A stretch of 64,000 nucleotides of DNA from a virus. The position numbers and the translations under genes are program-made. Below are positions 39,716 to 49,605 of the stretch, piece by piece. Under the pieces are notes generated by a model, which saw nothing but the letters and a program-made list of their open reading frames with translations, was not told the DNA's origin and made no database searches. Numbering within the stretch: position 1 is the stretch's first letter; the number at the start of each line of letters is the position of its first letter. The stretch spans positions 5,209 to 69,208 of the IMG/VR virus record IMGVR_UViG_3300047481_001175. One strand, 5' to 3'.

Positions 39716-40684
39716 ATGAAAAAAATTCTAGTATGCGGCGCCGGTGGATTTATAGGTTCCCACTTAGTCACTGATTTAAAGAAAAAAGGGTACTATGTAA
39801 TAGGTGCCGATCTTAAATTTCCCGAATATAGTAAAACTGATGCGGACGAGTTTCATCTAATGGATCTTCGTAATCAAAAAAATGTAGAAAATCTTCTTAA
39901 CAATGATATTTACGAAATTTATCAACTTGCTGCCGATATGGGAGGAGCAGGGTATATCTTCACCGGGGAAAATGACGCAGACATAATGCATAATTCTGCT
40001 ATGATAAATCTTAACATAGCACACGAAATGGTTAAAAAAGGCATTAAGAGGATTTTTTACAGTTCAAGTGCCTGTATGTACCCCGCGTATAATCAAGAAG
40101 ATCCTGATAATCCATTGTTAAGTGAAGACAGTGCATATCCTGCTGCTCCGGACAGCGAATACGGTTGGGAAAAGTTATTCAGTGAAAGACTGTTTATGAA
40201 TTTTGCTAAAAATTATAATATAAGAGCTAGGATAGCAAGATTTCATAACATCTTTGGACCATTAGGTTCATGGAATAATGGAAAAGAAAAAGCTCCTGCT
40301 GCATTATGCAGAAAAGTAGCGATGTGCGAAGACGGCGGCACTATTGAGGTATGGGGACCCGGTAATCAAACAAGAAGTTTTCTTTATATAGATGAATGCA
40401 TCGAAGGTATTCATAGAATAATGGACAGCGATTGTGAATTTCCTTTAAATCTTGGCAGCGAAAGAATGATTAGTATTAATAATTTAGTATTTTTAATTGC
40501 TAAAGAAGTTGGTAAAAATGTCTGTATTAAAAACGTGCCGGGACCTATGGGGGTTATGGGAAGAAATAGTCATAACAAACTTATAGAAGAAACGATCGGT
40601 TGGCGTCCTGGTGAAGATTTAGAGACAGGTATCAAAAATACGTATAACTGGATACAAGAACAAATTGAAATGGAGAAAAAATGA
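39716..40684 (+). CDS. NAD-dependent epimerase, GDP-mannose 3,5-epimerase-like
   Basis: GAGGFIG, QLAADMGGAGYI, SSSACMY, YGWEK and EKAPAALCRK motifs. Confidence 0.88.
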   Translation: MKKILVCGAGGFIGSHLVTDLKKKGYYVIGADLKFPEYSKTDADEFHLMDLRNQKNVENLLNNDIYEIYQLAADMGGAGYIFTGENDADIMHNSAMINLNIAHEMVKKGIKRIFYSSSACMYPAYNQEDPDNPLLSEDSAYPAAPDSEYGWEKLFSERLFMNFAKNYNIRARIARFHNIFGPLGSWNNGKEKAPAALCRKVAMCEDGGTIEVWGPGNQTRSFLYIDECIEGIHRIMDSDCEFPLNLGSERMISINNLVFLIAKEVGKNVCIKNVPGPMGVMGRNSHNKLIEETIGWRPGEDLETGIKNTYNWIQEQIEMEKK

Positions 40685-41448
40685 AAGTTGGAATTATAGG
40701 CTACGGTTGGATAGGAAAAGCAACAAAAAAATTATTTCCTGATGCACAAATCTACGATAAATTCATTCCAGAATACAACAAGCCTTTAGAAAATTGCGAT
40801 ATTGCTTTCTTAGCTGTGCCTACTCCCTGGGAAGGCGGAAAGGAATTAAATTGTGATGCTGTGGAAGATGCTATTGCTAACTGTGGTTGCGACTTTATAG
40901 TTATACGTTCCGCCACCCAACCCGGATTCGCAGATAGAATGGTGGCAAAATATAATAAACGAATTGTAGTTCAACCTGAATATTTAGGAGAAACTCCAAA
41001 CCACCCGTTCCTACAAATGGATTCTAGACAGTTTATGGTTATAGGTGGTGCTCCTGCAGATAGAAGAACAGTTATAGAATGTTATCAAAAGGCATACAAT
41101 GCTAATGTAAGAATAAGACAAGTTACAAGGTATGAAGCTGAGATTATTAAATTCAGTGAAAATCGTGCTATCTTTTATAAAGTAATTCAATGTCAAGAAC
41201 TATACGACGCCTGCGAAGCTGCTGGTGTTGATTATTATACCATCAGAGAAGCGGTATACGGCGACGATCCTCGTATGAATTTGTGGTGGACATTCGTATT
41301 TCCTGATAATAGAGGTGCAAATAGTAAATGTATACCAAAAGATGTTTATGCTTGGTGTGCTTGGGTAGAAAGTCTAGGATTAGATCCCAAGGCAACTAAA
41401 TCATTATTAGCATACAACGAAGATTTAATTAAAAAGAATAAAGTATGA
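40681..41448 (+). CDS. Nucleotide-sugar dehydrogenase (UDP-Glc/GDP-Man DH family), lacking the C-terminal domain
   Basis: GIIGYGWIG, AVPTP, IRS, PEYL, AEIIK..N, DPR and KCIPKD motifs. Confidence 0.8.
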   Translation: MKVGIIGYGWIGKATKKLFPDAQIYDKFIPEYNKPLENCDIAFLAVPTPWEGGKELNCDAVEDAIANCGCDFIVIRSATQPGFADRMVAKYNKRIVVQPEYLGETPNHPFLQMDSRQFMVIGGAPADRRTVIECYQKAYNANVRIRQVTRYEAEIIKFSENRAIFYKVIQCQELYDACEAAGVDYYTIREAVYGDDPRMNLWWTFVFPDNRGANSKCIPKDVYAWCAWVESLGLDPKATKSLLAYNEDLIKKNKV

Positions 41449-42023
41449 ATCCCTGGGAACAAACAGAAAATTTCGAAGGTGATGTAAAAGTTTATTATGA
41501 TAATCTGTTAGATCATTTTAAAAAATATAAAAACAAATTATTTGTAGAATCAGGAACCTTTTTAGGTAACGGTTTGAAGTGTGCGTTAGATGCAGGATTT
41601 GAAAAATGCTATACGATAGAAATACATCCGCACCTATACGAAAAAGCACAACAAAGATTTGAAAATGAAATCAAAGAATCTAAAGTAGTGTCATATCTTG
41701 GAGATTCAGAAAAATTACTTCCGATGGTTGTTAGGGATCTTACTGCGCCAACTACATTCTGGTTAGATGCACATATTAGTTCGCAATATGGAAAAAAGTT
41801 GGCCAAAAATTGTCCTATCATAGAAGAATTAGAAACCATTGGATCTCATCATATTAAAACACATACGTTACTGATTGACGACTTAAACTGTTTTGGAAGA
41901 CCAGCACACGATAGAATTACATTAGATCAAGTAAAACATAAAATCCTTGAAATAAATCCTAACTATAAATTTGAATTATTAGATGCTGCTCGTCCTCAAA
42001 ATATTCTAGCAGCCTACATATGA
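41445..42023 (+). CDS. Methyltransferase-like protein
   Basis: FVESGT..G, GDS, FWLDAH and LIDD motifs. Confidence 0.65.
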   Translation: MNPWEQTENFEGDVKVYYDNLLDHFKKYKNKLFVESGTFLGNGLKCALDAGFEKCYTIEIHPHLYEKAQQRFENEIKESKVVSYLGDSEKLLPMVVRDLTAPTTFWLDAHISSQYGKKLAKNCPIIEELETIGSHHIKTHTLLIDDLNCFGRPAHDRITLDQVKHKILEINPNYKFELLDAARPQNILAAYI

Positions 42024-42733
42024 GTGTGATCAATATAGTTACTTTTAAATGGAAAAAACCATCAACGGGTTATAAATTAAAAAACCCTGTAGAATATTCT
42101 GCCGAACATGTAAATTCGTTATATAAAGCAGTCACTAGAAATACTACCTTACCCTTTAAATTTACGTGTGTTACAGACGATGCTTCTGGTATCGATAAAG
42201 AAATTAATACCATACATTTATGGGACAAGTACAAAAGTCTAGGGGGTTGCTACAATAGACTTTATATTTTTAGCGAAGAAATAAAAGACATTTTAGGCGA
42301 AAGATTTATTTGTATAGATTTAGATTGTGTTATCGTAGATAATATTGATTCTATTCTTCAACGTAACGAAGAGTTTGTAATTAATAAATTTATAAGCAAA
42401 GGTGGACACGGTCAAATTTATAATGGCGGATTAATTTTAATCACGGCTGGTTCTAGAAAAAAAGTTTGGGATGATTTTGAACCAGCCCAATCACTGACTC
42501 TGTTAGATAGACATAGAAATGAACAAAATTTAGTAGGATCAGACCAGGCCTGGATACAAGTTGTACTAGGCAATAATGAATCACTGTTTACAGAAGCAGA
42601 CGGAGTCTATGATTACAATTTTTTGCCTGATAGAAAATTGCCTTCAAACGCAAAAATAATTTTCTTTCCCGGAAAAGTAGATCCTTCACAAGAAAAAAAT
42701 AAGAACGAATGGGTAGCCAAACATTGGGGTTAA
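42020..42733 (+). CDS. GT-A glycosyltransferase
   Basis: FTCVTDD, CIDLDCVI, YNGG, SDQAW and FFPG motifs. Confidence 0.75.
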   Translation: MSVINIVTFKWKKPSTGYKLKNPVEYSAEHVNSLYKAVTRNTTLPFKFTCVTDDASGIDKEINTIHLWDKYKSLGGCYNRLYIFSEEIKDILGERFICIDLDCVIVDNIDSILQRNEEFVINKFISKGGHGQIYNGGLILITAGSRKKVWDDFEPAQSLTLLDRHRNEQNLVGSDQAWIQVVLGNNESLFTEADGVYDYNFLPDRKLPSNAKIIFFPGKVDPSQEKNKNEWVAKHWG

Positions 42734-42734
42734 T

Positions 42735-43988
42735 ATGGGATTAGAAACAAATTATTTAAAATTTATAAACAGTGTAATCGGTCAAGCAAGTGGAAAACAA
42801 ATGCTTGAGCTTGGAAATCAATCTGTCAATCATAGTAAAAGACCAGAAAAAACAGGCAAAGAATATTTTACTAATAATGGGTTTGATCACATTTCGGTAG
42901 ACAGAAATGGTTTAGATGGCTCCGTAAAAAAAGATTTAAGAAATTTATCTGAATTTAGAGAGTATGTGGATTTTTTTGATATTGTTACTAATTGTGGAGT
43001 AACTGAACACGTAGAACCCATCGCTAGTCAGTATACTGTGTTTAGAATAATTCATGATAGTCTTAAGGTAGGAGGAATCGCTTTTCATATATTGCCTGAC
43101 TCCGACGAAGTAGAAAATGATCGATGGGGCCCTCACTGTAGATTTTGGTACAATGAACGTTTTTTCAAAGAGTTGTGTGTTTTAAATAATTATGAACTTT
43201 TAAAAATTGATAAAATTGATAGTTTAATTGCAGTAGCATATAAAAAAATTTCTCCAGTAAAATTTACAGACGATATAGAGTCTTTTCAAAAAAATATTGT
43301 TGTTATAGGACATAATAAACCATTGTTACACGAAGCGGTATATCCTAATACAATGGTTACTAGAGGAAAAGTTTCCGAGCTTAATAATTGTCTTTATAAA
43401 ACGATTACAGAAGGAGTTATTGGAGATTATGTAGAATGTGGAACCTATAGAGGCGGACTATCTGCATTAATGTTAGATACGATTCTTTATCATAAATTAG
43501 ATAAAAAATTATGGGTATATGATACATTTCAAGGTATGTCGGAACCCAGCGAACTTGATATTAGTAATAAAAATGAAATAGCAAAATCAACGTTTGAAGC
43601 CTCAAAAAATCAATCAACAGGATATGCAGATTGGTGTAAAGCAACTATAGATATTGTTCAGTCTACATTAAGTATAGTCAGCCATGAGTATGAAAAGTAT
43701 GCTCATTTGATAATAGGTAAAGTTGAAGATACTTTAAAATACGAAACTAATATACCAAAGAAAATTTCTTTAATGAGATTAGATACTGATTGGTACGAAT
43801 CGACAAAGATAGAATTAGAAAAATTCTATCACTTATTGTCAGTAAACGGAATTATTATTATTGACGATTATAGATTATGGCAGGGACAAAAACTTGCCGT
43901 AGATGAATTTTTTGATAAATTAGATAAAGATTCATATCAGTTTGTCGACGGCGACGACGGATCCCTTATTATAACAAAGTTGAAATAA
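42735..43988 (+). CDS. Two-domain methyltransferase: class I MTase plus TylF/MycF-type sugar O-methyltransferase
   Basis: N-terminal LELG...TEHV; C-terminal GDYVECGTYRGG, YDTFQGM, LDTDWYEST, IDDY. Confidence 0.85.
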   Translation: MGLETNYLKFINSVIGQASGKQMLELGNQSVNHSKRPEKTGKEYFTNNGFDHISVDRNGLDGSVKKDLRNLSEFREYVDFFDIVTNCGVTEHVEPIASQYTVFRIIHDSLKVGGIAFHILPDSDEVENDRWGPHCRFWYNERFFKELCVLNNYELLKIDKIDSLIAVAYKKISPVKFTDDIESFQKNIVVIGHNKPLLHEAVYPNTMVTRGKVSELNNCLYKTITEGVIGDYVECGTYRGGLSALMLDTILYHKLDKKLWVYDTFQGMSEPSELDISNKNEIAKSTFEASKNQSTGYADWCKATIDIVQSTLSIVSHEYEKYAHLIIGKVEDTLKYETNIPKKISLMRLDTDWYESTKIELEKFYHLLSVNGIIIIDDYRLWQGQKLAVDEFFDKLDKDSYQFVDGDDGSLIITKLK

Positions 43989-43990
43989 AA

Positions 43991-44572
43991 ATGGCAAAAA
44001 AGAAAAAATATACAGAAGCACTCGATCCAACCAAACCTCATCTAGGAGGTAATTTTATAGAAGTCAATCCAAGTACCTACTGTCCGTCAGTTTGGTCTTA
44101 TATTATTAAAAAATATAATATCCAATCCGTTATGGACGTTGGTTCTGGTAGAGGTCACGCTGCAAAATGGTTTTCGGATCAAGGAATCAAAACCACTGCG
44201 GTTGATGGTTTAGAAGATAATATTAAAAATGCTGTGTATCCGTCAATACTCTGTGACCTAACAGAAGGATCATATACAACTGCTGTAGATTTAGTTAACT
44301 GTATAGAAGTTGTTGAACATATTGAGGAAAAATATATCAATAACTTGTTAGATACAATTTGTTCTGGTCGATATCTTTTTATGACACACGGTCTTCCGGG
44401 ACAAGAAGGTCATCATCACGTAAATTGTCAACCAACAGAATATTGGTTAAAACATCTTGCAGACAGAGGATTCAAAGAATTATCAGACGATTCTAGAGAA
44501 TTACAAAGAATAGCTTCTTCAACTAAAGCGCATCATATCAAAGATACGGGAATGTTGTTTGTAAAGGTCTAA
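43991..44572 (+). CDS. Class I SAM methyltransferase
   Basis: MDVGSGRG, EVVEHI and GHHHVNCQ motifs. Confidence 0.8.
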   Translation: MAKKKKYTEALDPTKPHLGGNFIEVNPSTYCPSVWSYIIKKYNIQSVMDVGSGRGHAAKWFSDQGIKTTAVDGLEDNIKNAVYPSILCDLTEGSYTTAVDLVNCIEVVEHIEEKYINNLLDTICSGRYLFMTHGLPGQEGHHHVNCQPTEYWLKHLADRGFKELSDDSRELQRIASSTKAHHIKDTGMLFVKV

Positions 44573-44573
44573 T

Positions 44574-45890
44574 ATGTGTGGATTCGGCGTAACATCTAAA
44601 TCTGGAATATCTACAGTTAACAAATTCTGTCAACGAAGAGGGCCGGACCTTACCAATACTAAAACTATAAACGGCATTGAATTCTTACATAATCTTTTAC
44701 ACATCACAGGTGAGGTAACTCCTCAACCTTTTGTTAAAGGTGATATAGCCTGTACGTTTAACGGCGAAATTTATAATTACAAAGCATTTGGAACATATCG
44801 CAGTGACGGTGAATGTCTGATTGATCTTTATCTGTCGCAGGGTGACGAATTTATTAAATCACTCGACGGCGAGTTTGCAATTTGCTTAGTGGATTTTAAA
44901 AATAATAAAGTCATCATTGCCACTGATACTTTTGCTTGTAAACCGTTATGGTACGAATTTAATAGATCTGAATTCTGCGCTGCTTCATATAATAGCCAAC
45001 TGCAGGGATTAGGATTCAACCACGGTAAAAAACTAAAAGGTAATACTACAGAAATTTATAATCTGCGTACAGGTGAAAAAATTTCACAGTACACAAATCG
45101 ACAGTTTGACATAAATCAATTTAAAACATCGTTCGATGGATGGATCGAAGCTTTTACTGCTAGTATTAAAAAGAGAACAGCGAATACCACACATCGGATG
45201 TTTTGTGGTATGAGTTCTGGTTATGACAGTGGTGCAATTGCTTGCGAATTACAGAAACAAAATGCAAATTTCAAAGCTTACACTATCACAAACAATGAGA
45301 ATCCCGAAATTTTAAGTGCAAGATTACAAAGAATTAAAACTAACGAAGCTTTTTCTTTGTCCTCAGAAGAATTTCAGAAATGGAAGCAAGAATTAAATTC
45401 TAATTGCGAAAATTTTAATTATAACGGTTATGATATCAAAGGTGATCAAGCATCAATGGGATTATCAGCAATTTGTAACCGCGCTAGATCAGATAATAGA
45501 AGAATCTATTTTTCAGGGCAAGGCGCGGACGAAATTATCAGTGACTATGGATTCGGTGGTAGAAAAATTTACAAACATAGCGGATTTGGCGGAATGTTTC
45601 CAGAAGACTTGAACGGTTTTTGGCCATGGCATAGCTTTTATGATGGCACACAAGTTCAGTATCTTAACAAAGAAGAATACGTTGCCGGACATTTTGGTAT
45701 AGAAACACGTTATCCTTTTCTAGATAATAATCTAGTACAAGAATTTTTATGGTTGTCTCCGAAATTAAAAAATAGCAAATATAAAAGTTGTTTAGATGAA
45801 TATCTTAAAGTAAACGGCTTTCCTTACGAAAGCGGAGAAAAAAGAGGATTTCATGTAACTGAAAAAGGCGGAAAGAGCAAACGAGTATGA
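44574..45890 (+). CDS. Asparagine synthetase (glutamine-hydrolysing)-like amidotransferase
   Basis: N-terminal MCG (Ntn nucleophile), RGPD, NGEIYN, SSGYDS, SGQGADE and RYPFLD motifs. Confidence 0.9.
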   Translation: MCGFGVTSKSGISTVNKFCQRRGPDLTNTKTINGIEFLHNLLHITGEVTPQPFVKGDIACTFNGEIYNYKAFGTYRSDGECLIDLYLSQGDEFIKSLDGEFAICLVDFKNNKVIIATDTFACKPLWYEFNRSEFCAASYNSQLQGLGFNHGKKLKGNTTEIYNLRTGEKISQYTNRQFDINQFKTSFDGWIEAFTASIKKRTANTTHRMFCGMSSGYDSGAIACELQKQNANFKAYTITNNENPEILSARLQRIKTNEAFSLSSEEFQKWKQELNSNCENFNYNGYDIKGDQASMGLSAICNRARSDNRRIYFSGQGADEIISDYGFGGRKIYKHSGFGGMFPEDLNGFWPWHSFYDGTQVQYLNKEEYVAGHFGIETRYPFLDNNLVQEFLWLSPKLKNSKYKSCLDEYLKVNGFPYESGEKRGFHVTEKGGKSKRV

Positions 45891-46537
45891 GAAACGATAT
45901 TACAGTTGTTATAGCTGGTGATTCAAATTTTAAACCTTATGTTGAACAAGGTATACGATGGACGGAGAAATTAGGTTACCCTATCTTGGCTTATGATCTA
46001 GGAAATTTAGGATTCGGGAAGTCATTTACTGGAAGATTTAGCGACGAAGCAAATGCTAAAATTCCCTGTAAACCTCATATTATAGCTGATGCTCTTGAAT
46101 TAATTAAGGATGGAGAATATCTAGTTTGGTTAGATGCAGATGCTTTAATATATCAAAATATCGATGAGATAGCTCAAGACTACGATATCGGAGTTACTGT
46201 AAGGGCTCCGAAAGCAGTAGAACATCAACTGCCTATCAATGCCGGAATCGTATTCATAAGAAAAACTGCTGCTGCCAAAGATTTCATAGAAAAATGGAAA
46301 GAATTATCTGATCAAGGTATCAGTGATCAGCCCCCTTTAAATTATCTTTGCAAAGTCAACACTCAAGATAGAGATAAAACAGTGATAAGAGACGGAGTTA
46401 AGATAAAAGTTTTTAAGTGTGAAGTTTATAACAATTTTTATAAACAAGGTAAAAATGCCGACAAGGTAAGACCTGTTGGTGTAAAAATTGTTCATTACAA
46501 AAGTAAATTAAGACATCTATACCCTCTTGGAAAATGA
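45887..46537 (+). CDS. Nucleotide-diphospho-sugar transferase (GT-A)
   Basis: KP, VWLDAD, INAG and SDQ motifs. Confidence 0.75.
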   Translation: MRNDITVVIAGDSNFKPYVEQGIRWTEKLGYPILAYDLGNLGFGKSFTGRFSDEANAKIPCKPHIIADALELIKDGEYLVWLDADALIYQNIDEIAQDYDIGVTVRAPKAVEHQLPINAGIVFIRKTAAAKDFIEKWKELSDQGISDQPPLNYLCKVNTQDRDKTVIRDGVKIKVFKCEVYNNFYKQGKNADKVRPVGVKIVHYKSKLRHLYPLGK

Positions 46538-46538
46538 T

Positions 46539-47372
46539 ATGAAAAAAGTTTTAATCACAGGTAATTCTGGATACATAGGATCACATCTTACAAAAATTTT
46601 AAAAACAGACAACACCTATCAACTATACGGACTAGATAAGGATGTTCCAAAAATCGAGATTGAGAATTTCGTAATAGAAGACATTAGAAATTCGGGCGGA
46701 TGGATCTACGAAGATATCGAGTTCGATTGTGTAATCCATTTAGCGGCAGAAGTAGCCGTTGGTAGAAGTGTGTTAAATCCTACATTGTATTATCTTACAA
46801 ACACCTTAGGTACGCTAAATGTTCTTAGAAATCTAAAATTTAAAAGATTTGTTCATGCTAGTACAGGGTCTGCTGGACCTATGAATAATCCGTATGGTAT
46901 CAGTAAACGGGGCGCAGAAGATGTAGTAAGACAATTCTGCACCGAAAATAATATACCTTATACAACTTTTAGATTTTATAATGTAACAGGCACAGACGGA
47001 ATCGATCCCACTAACATAGATGGATTAATGTGGAATCTAATGAACGCTCAAAAGACAGGAACATTTAATTTATTTGGAGATGATTATAACACCGAGGACG
47101 GATCGGCAGTAAGAGACTATACACACGTTAATGAAATATGTTATAGTGTTATTAAAGGAATAGAACATTCATCTAATCAAATAGAAAATCTCGGACACGG
47201 TGTAGGAACCACTGTAAAGCAGATGGTAGAGATTTACAAACGTGTAAACAATTGTGATTTTACCGTAAATATTTGTCCACGAAGATCTGGCGATTTAGAA
47301 AGAAGTGTATTAGATAATCCTTCTAAATTTATGCAGAAACTATATACGATGGATGACTTACTAAAGGTATAA
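46539..47372 (+). CDS. galE: UDP-glucose 4-epimerase-like NAD-dependent epimerase
   Basis: TGNSGYIGSH, HLAA, YGISK, RFYNV, DG..VRDYTHV and RRSGD motifs. Confidence 0.85.
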   Translation: MKKVLITGNSGYIGSHLTKILKTDNTYQLYGLDKDVPKIEIENFVIEDIRNSGGWIYEDIEFDCVIHLAAEVAVGRSVLNPTLYYLTNTLGTLNVLRNLKFKRFVHASTGSAGPMNNPYGISKRGAEDVVRQFCTENNIPYTTFRFYNVTGTDGIDPTNIDGLMWNLMNAQKTGTFNLFGDDYNTEDGSAVRDYTHVNEICYSVIKGIEHSSNQIENLGHGVGTTVKQMVEIYKRVNNCDFTVNICPRRSGDLERSVLDNPSKFMQKLYTMDDLLKV

Positions 47373-47373
47373 T

Positions 47374-47640
47374 ATGGGAACATTAACTCCTGGAGCAACC
47401 TACATTTATGAAAGAGTCGGCGGTACGGTCTATGCTAGAGAATTCGGAGCCGACCCAAAAGATAGATTTATTATTGGTCAAGATTATGATGAATATCTCA
47501 CATCTTTTGCAGATCAATACTTTTTAGAAAATGATTGGAAAGATATAATAAAAGCATCCAGAGCGAATCCGGCCTTGCAAAAAGCATTAGAAGGTGTTAA
47601 AATATTATATCACTTGAGTAAAAAAGATGGGACAGAATAA
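47374..47640 (+). CDS. Hypothetical protein
   Basis: 88-aa ORF; its 3' end contains TTGCAA-17-TAAAAT. Confidence 0.6.
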   Translation: MGTLTPGATYIYERVGGTVYAREFGADPKDRFIIGQDYDEYLTSFADQYFLENDWKDIIKASRANPALQKALEGVKILYHLSKKDGTE

Positions 47641-48136
47641 ACACGTAGACCTTTTCAAAGATATGATTCCCGCAGTTGACATGGGAGTCAAAGAGCTTTG
47701 GGATGCGGCTACTGAAGATGGCCGAAAAGAAATCAAAGGCGATCTTTGGAATCTTAATAGATATATTAGCAATGTTTCAGTAACTGCTAATCCATATGTT
47801 CAGGTAAAAAGACCAACCAGAGAAGAAAAAGAGCATTTTCTTTTAACAGTCAACGAGTACTACAACAAAAATTGGAATGAAATATCTAAGCATCCTAAAT
47901 TACAATGGATGAGCTTATGTGTTTGCAGTAATGAAAAAAAGCAAACATACTTTCATGAGTGGTTGCCTCTCAAGAAAGAAAAAAATAAAAAAGAAGAATT
48001 TTTAGCACAACTTTTTCCTAATATGAAAAGGTCCGACATTGAAACACTTGCAATTACAACAACAGACAAAGAAATTAAAAAATACTGCGAGGACCTTGGT
48101 TGGGATAAGAAAACAATCAATGGAATTAAGCTATAA
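47627..48136 (+). CDS. Probable clamp-loader small subunit (T4 gp62-like)
   Basis: LNRYISN...VNE...HPKLQW...FHEWL...FP pattern; replication gene context. Confidence 0.55.
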   Translation: MGQNKHVDLFKDMIPAVDMGVKELWDAATEDGRKEIKGDLWNLNRYISNVSVTANPYVQVKRPTREEKEHFLLTVNEYYNKNWNEISKHPKLQWMSLCVCSNEKKQTYFHEWLPLKKEKNKKEEFLAQLFPNMKRSDIETLAITTTDKEIKKYCEDLGWDKKTINGIKL

Positions 48137-48803
48137 GTGTGAATATTGTTCTAAAGATTTTGCCAAAGAAAAAACATTGGCGGTGCACATTTGTGAACAA
48201 AAACGTCGTCATTTAAGTAAAAATGAAAAACATGTTCAAGCAGGATTGTTAACCTATCAAAGATTTTACGATATCACACAAAAAGGTAAAACTAAAAAAA
48301 CATTCGACGATTTTGCCTCTAGTCCTTATTACACTGCCTTTATAAAGTTTGGTAGTTTTTTAGTAAACACTGCACCAATTAATCCAGAAAGATTTATCGA
48401 CTTCGTAATTAAAAGCGGAGTTAAGTTAGATCACTGGTGTCGAGATGAACTGTACGAAACCTATATATCCGATCTGATAAAAACAGAACCTTCTGAAAGT
48501 GCGGTCCAGAGGTCAATAAAAACTATGATGGATTGGGCAGACAAAAATAATTCAGTATGGGAACACTATTTTCAGTACGTGAATTTGAACAGAGCAACAC
48601 ACGATATAAAAGAAGGATTAATCAGTCCTTGGCTGGTGTTAAATACTAGGTCTGGTAAAGAAATGCTTAAAAAAATGAACGACGAGCAATTGGAAATTGT
48701 ATCACAAATAATAGATCCTACATTTTGGGTTAGAAAATTTAAAGCATTACCAGCAGATATGGAACTTGTGAAAGATATCGTCAAGGAGGCGAAAATATTA
48801 TAA
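48120..48803 (+). CDS. Hypothetical protein with N-terminal zinc finger
   Basis: YKCEYCSKDF......L..H.C motif. Confidence 0.6.
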   Translation: MELSYKCEYCSKDFAKEKTLAVHICEQKRRHLSKNEKHVQAGLLTYQRFYDITQKGKTKKTFDDFASSPYYTAFIKFGSFLVNTAPINPERFIDFVIKSGVKLDHWCRDELYETYISDLIKTEPSESAVQRSIKTMMDWADKNNSVWEHYFQYVNLNRATHDIKEGLISPWLVLNTRSGKEMLKKMNDEQLEIVSQIIDPTFWVRKFKALPADMELVKDIVKEAKIL

Positions 48804-49027
48804 TGCCTAAACGTAAACCAGAACCCGAAATCATTGAAGAAGATTTAAAGGATAACGAAGAGTTCATAAGCAGAGACGATATAGATATAGAAGTAAGATT
48901 AACAGAAGATAATACTGTAATGGTACAATTTTCTGGATTTGACGACGACGAAGATGCAGAGGAATATGCACAGTTCCTAGCCGATACTTTACCATTATTA
49001 TTATTTGAAAGTACAAGGTTACAATAA
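48803..49027 (+). CDS. Small acidic hypothetical protein
   Basis: 74-aa coupled ORF, very D/E-rich. Confidence 0.55.
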   Translation: MPKRKPEPEIIEEDLKDNEEFISRDDIDIEVRLTEDNTVMVQFSGFDDDEDAEEYAQFLADTLPLLLFESTRLQ

Positions 49028-49605
49028 TGCCAGATATTGACATAGATTTTATAGATAGAGAACAGGCATTGTCCTTGTTCAAAACTATACCAGCAAGCAG
49101 ACTAGATAATAATAAACTTGTAAAACATAATACAGGAGTATACTTTCATCCTGTTCCGATTGCTGCCGAAAAAAATATTTGTGCCATTCCTTATGAAGAT
49201 GCTGAAGATAACGGGTTCTTTAAGATCGATTTTTTAAATGTAGGAATATACAAAGGTGTCCGTAATGAAGAACATCTTGTACAATTAATGAATACGGAGC
49301 CGCTATGGGATCTTCTAGAACAAGACGAGTTCGTCAACTTACTCTTTCACGTAAACGGGCATGGTTCTTTATTGCAACAAATGAAACCCAGGACTGTAGA
49401 GCAGTTGGCAGCAATACTAGCGATAATACGCCCAGCGAAGAGATACTTAGTTGGCGAGAGTTGGTCGAAAGTCTTGAGCGAGGTTTGGCTAAAACCAGAA
49501 AACGGTAATTATTACTTCAAAAAGAGTCACGCAACTGCCTATGCAATAGCAATAATAGTTCAAATGAATTTAATCTGCGAACAAATAAGTTATGGATTTT
49601 CTTAA
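49027..49605 (+). CDS. Miniature DNA polymerase III alpha (DnaE-like, family C) catalytic core
   Basis: PDIDIDF, KHNTGVY, KIDFL, IIRP and FKKSHATAY motifs in 192 aa. Confidence 0.8.
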   Translation: MPDIDIDFIDREQALSLFKTIPASRLDNNKLVKHNTGVYFHPVPIAAEKNICAIPYEDAEDNGFFKIDFLNVGIYKGVRNEEHLVQLMNTEPLWDLLEQDEFVNLLFHVNGHGSLLQQMKPRTVEQLAAILAIIRPAKRYLVGESWSKVLSEVWLKPENGNYYFKKSHATAYAIAIIVQMNLICEQISYGFS

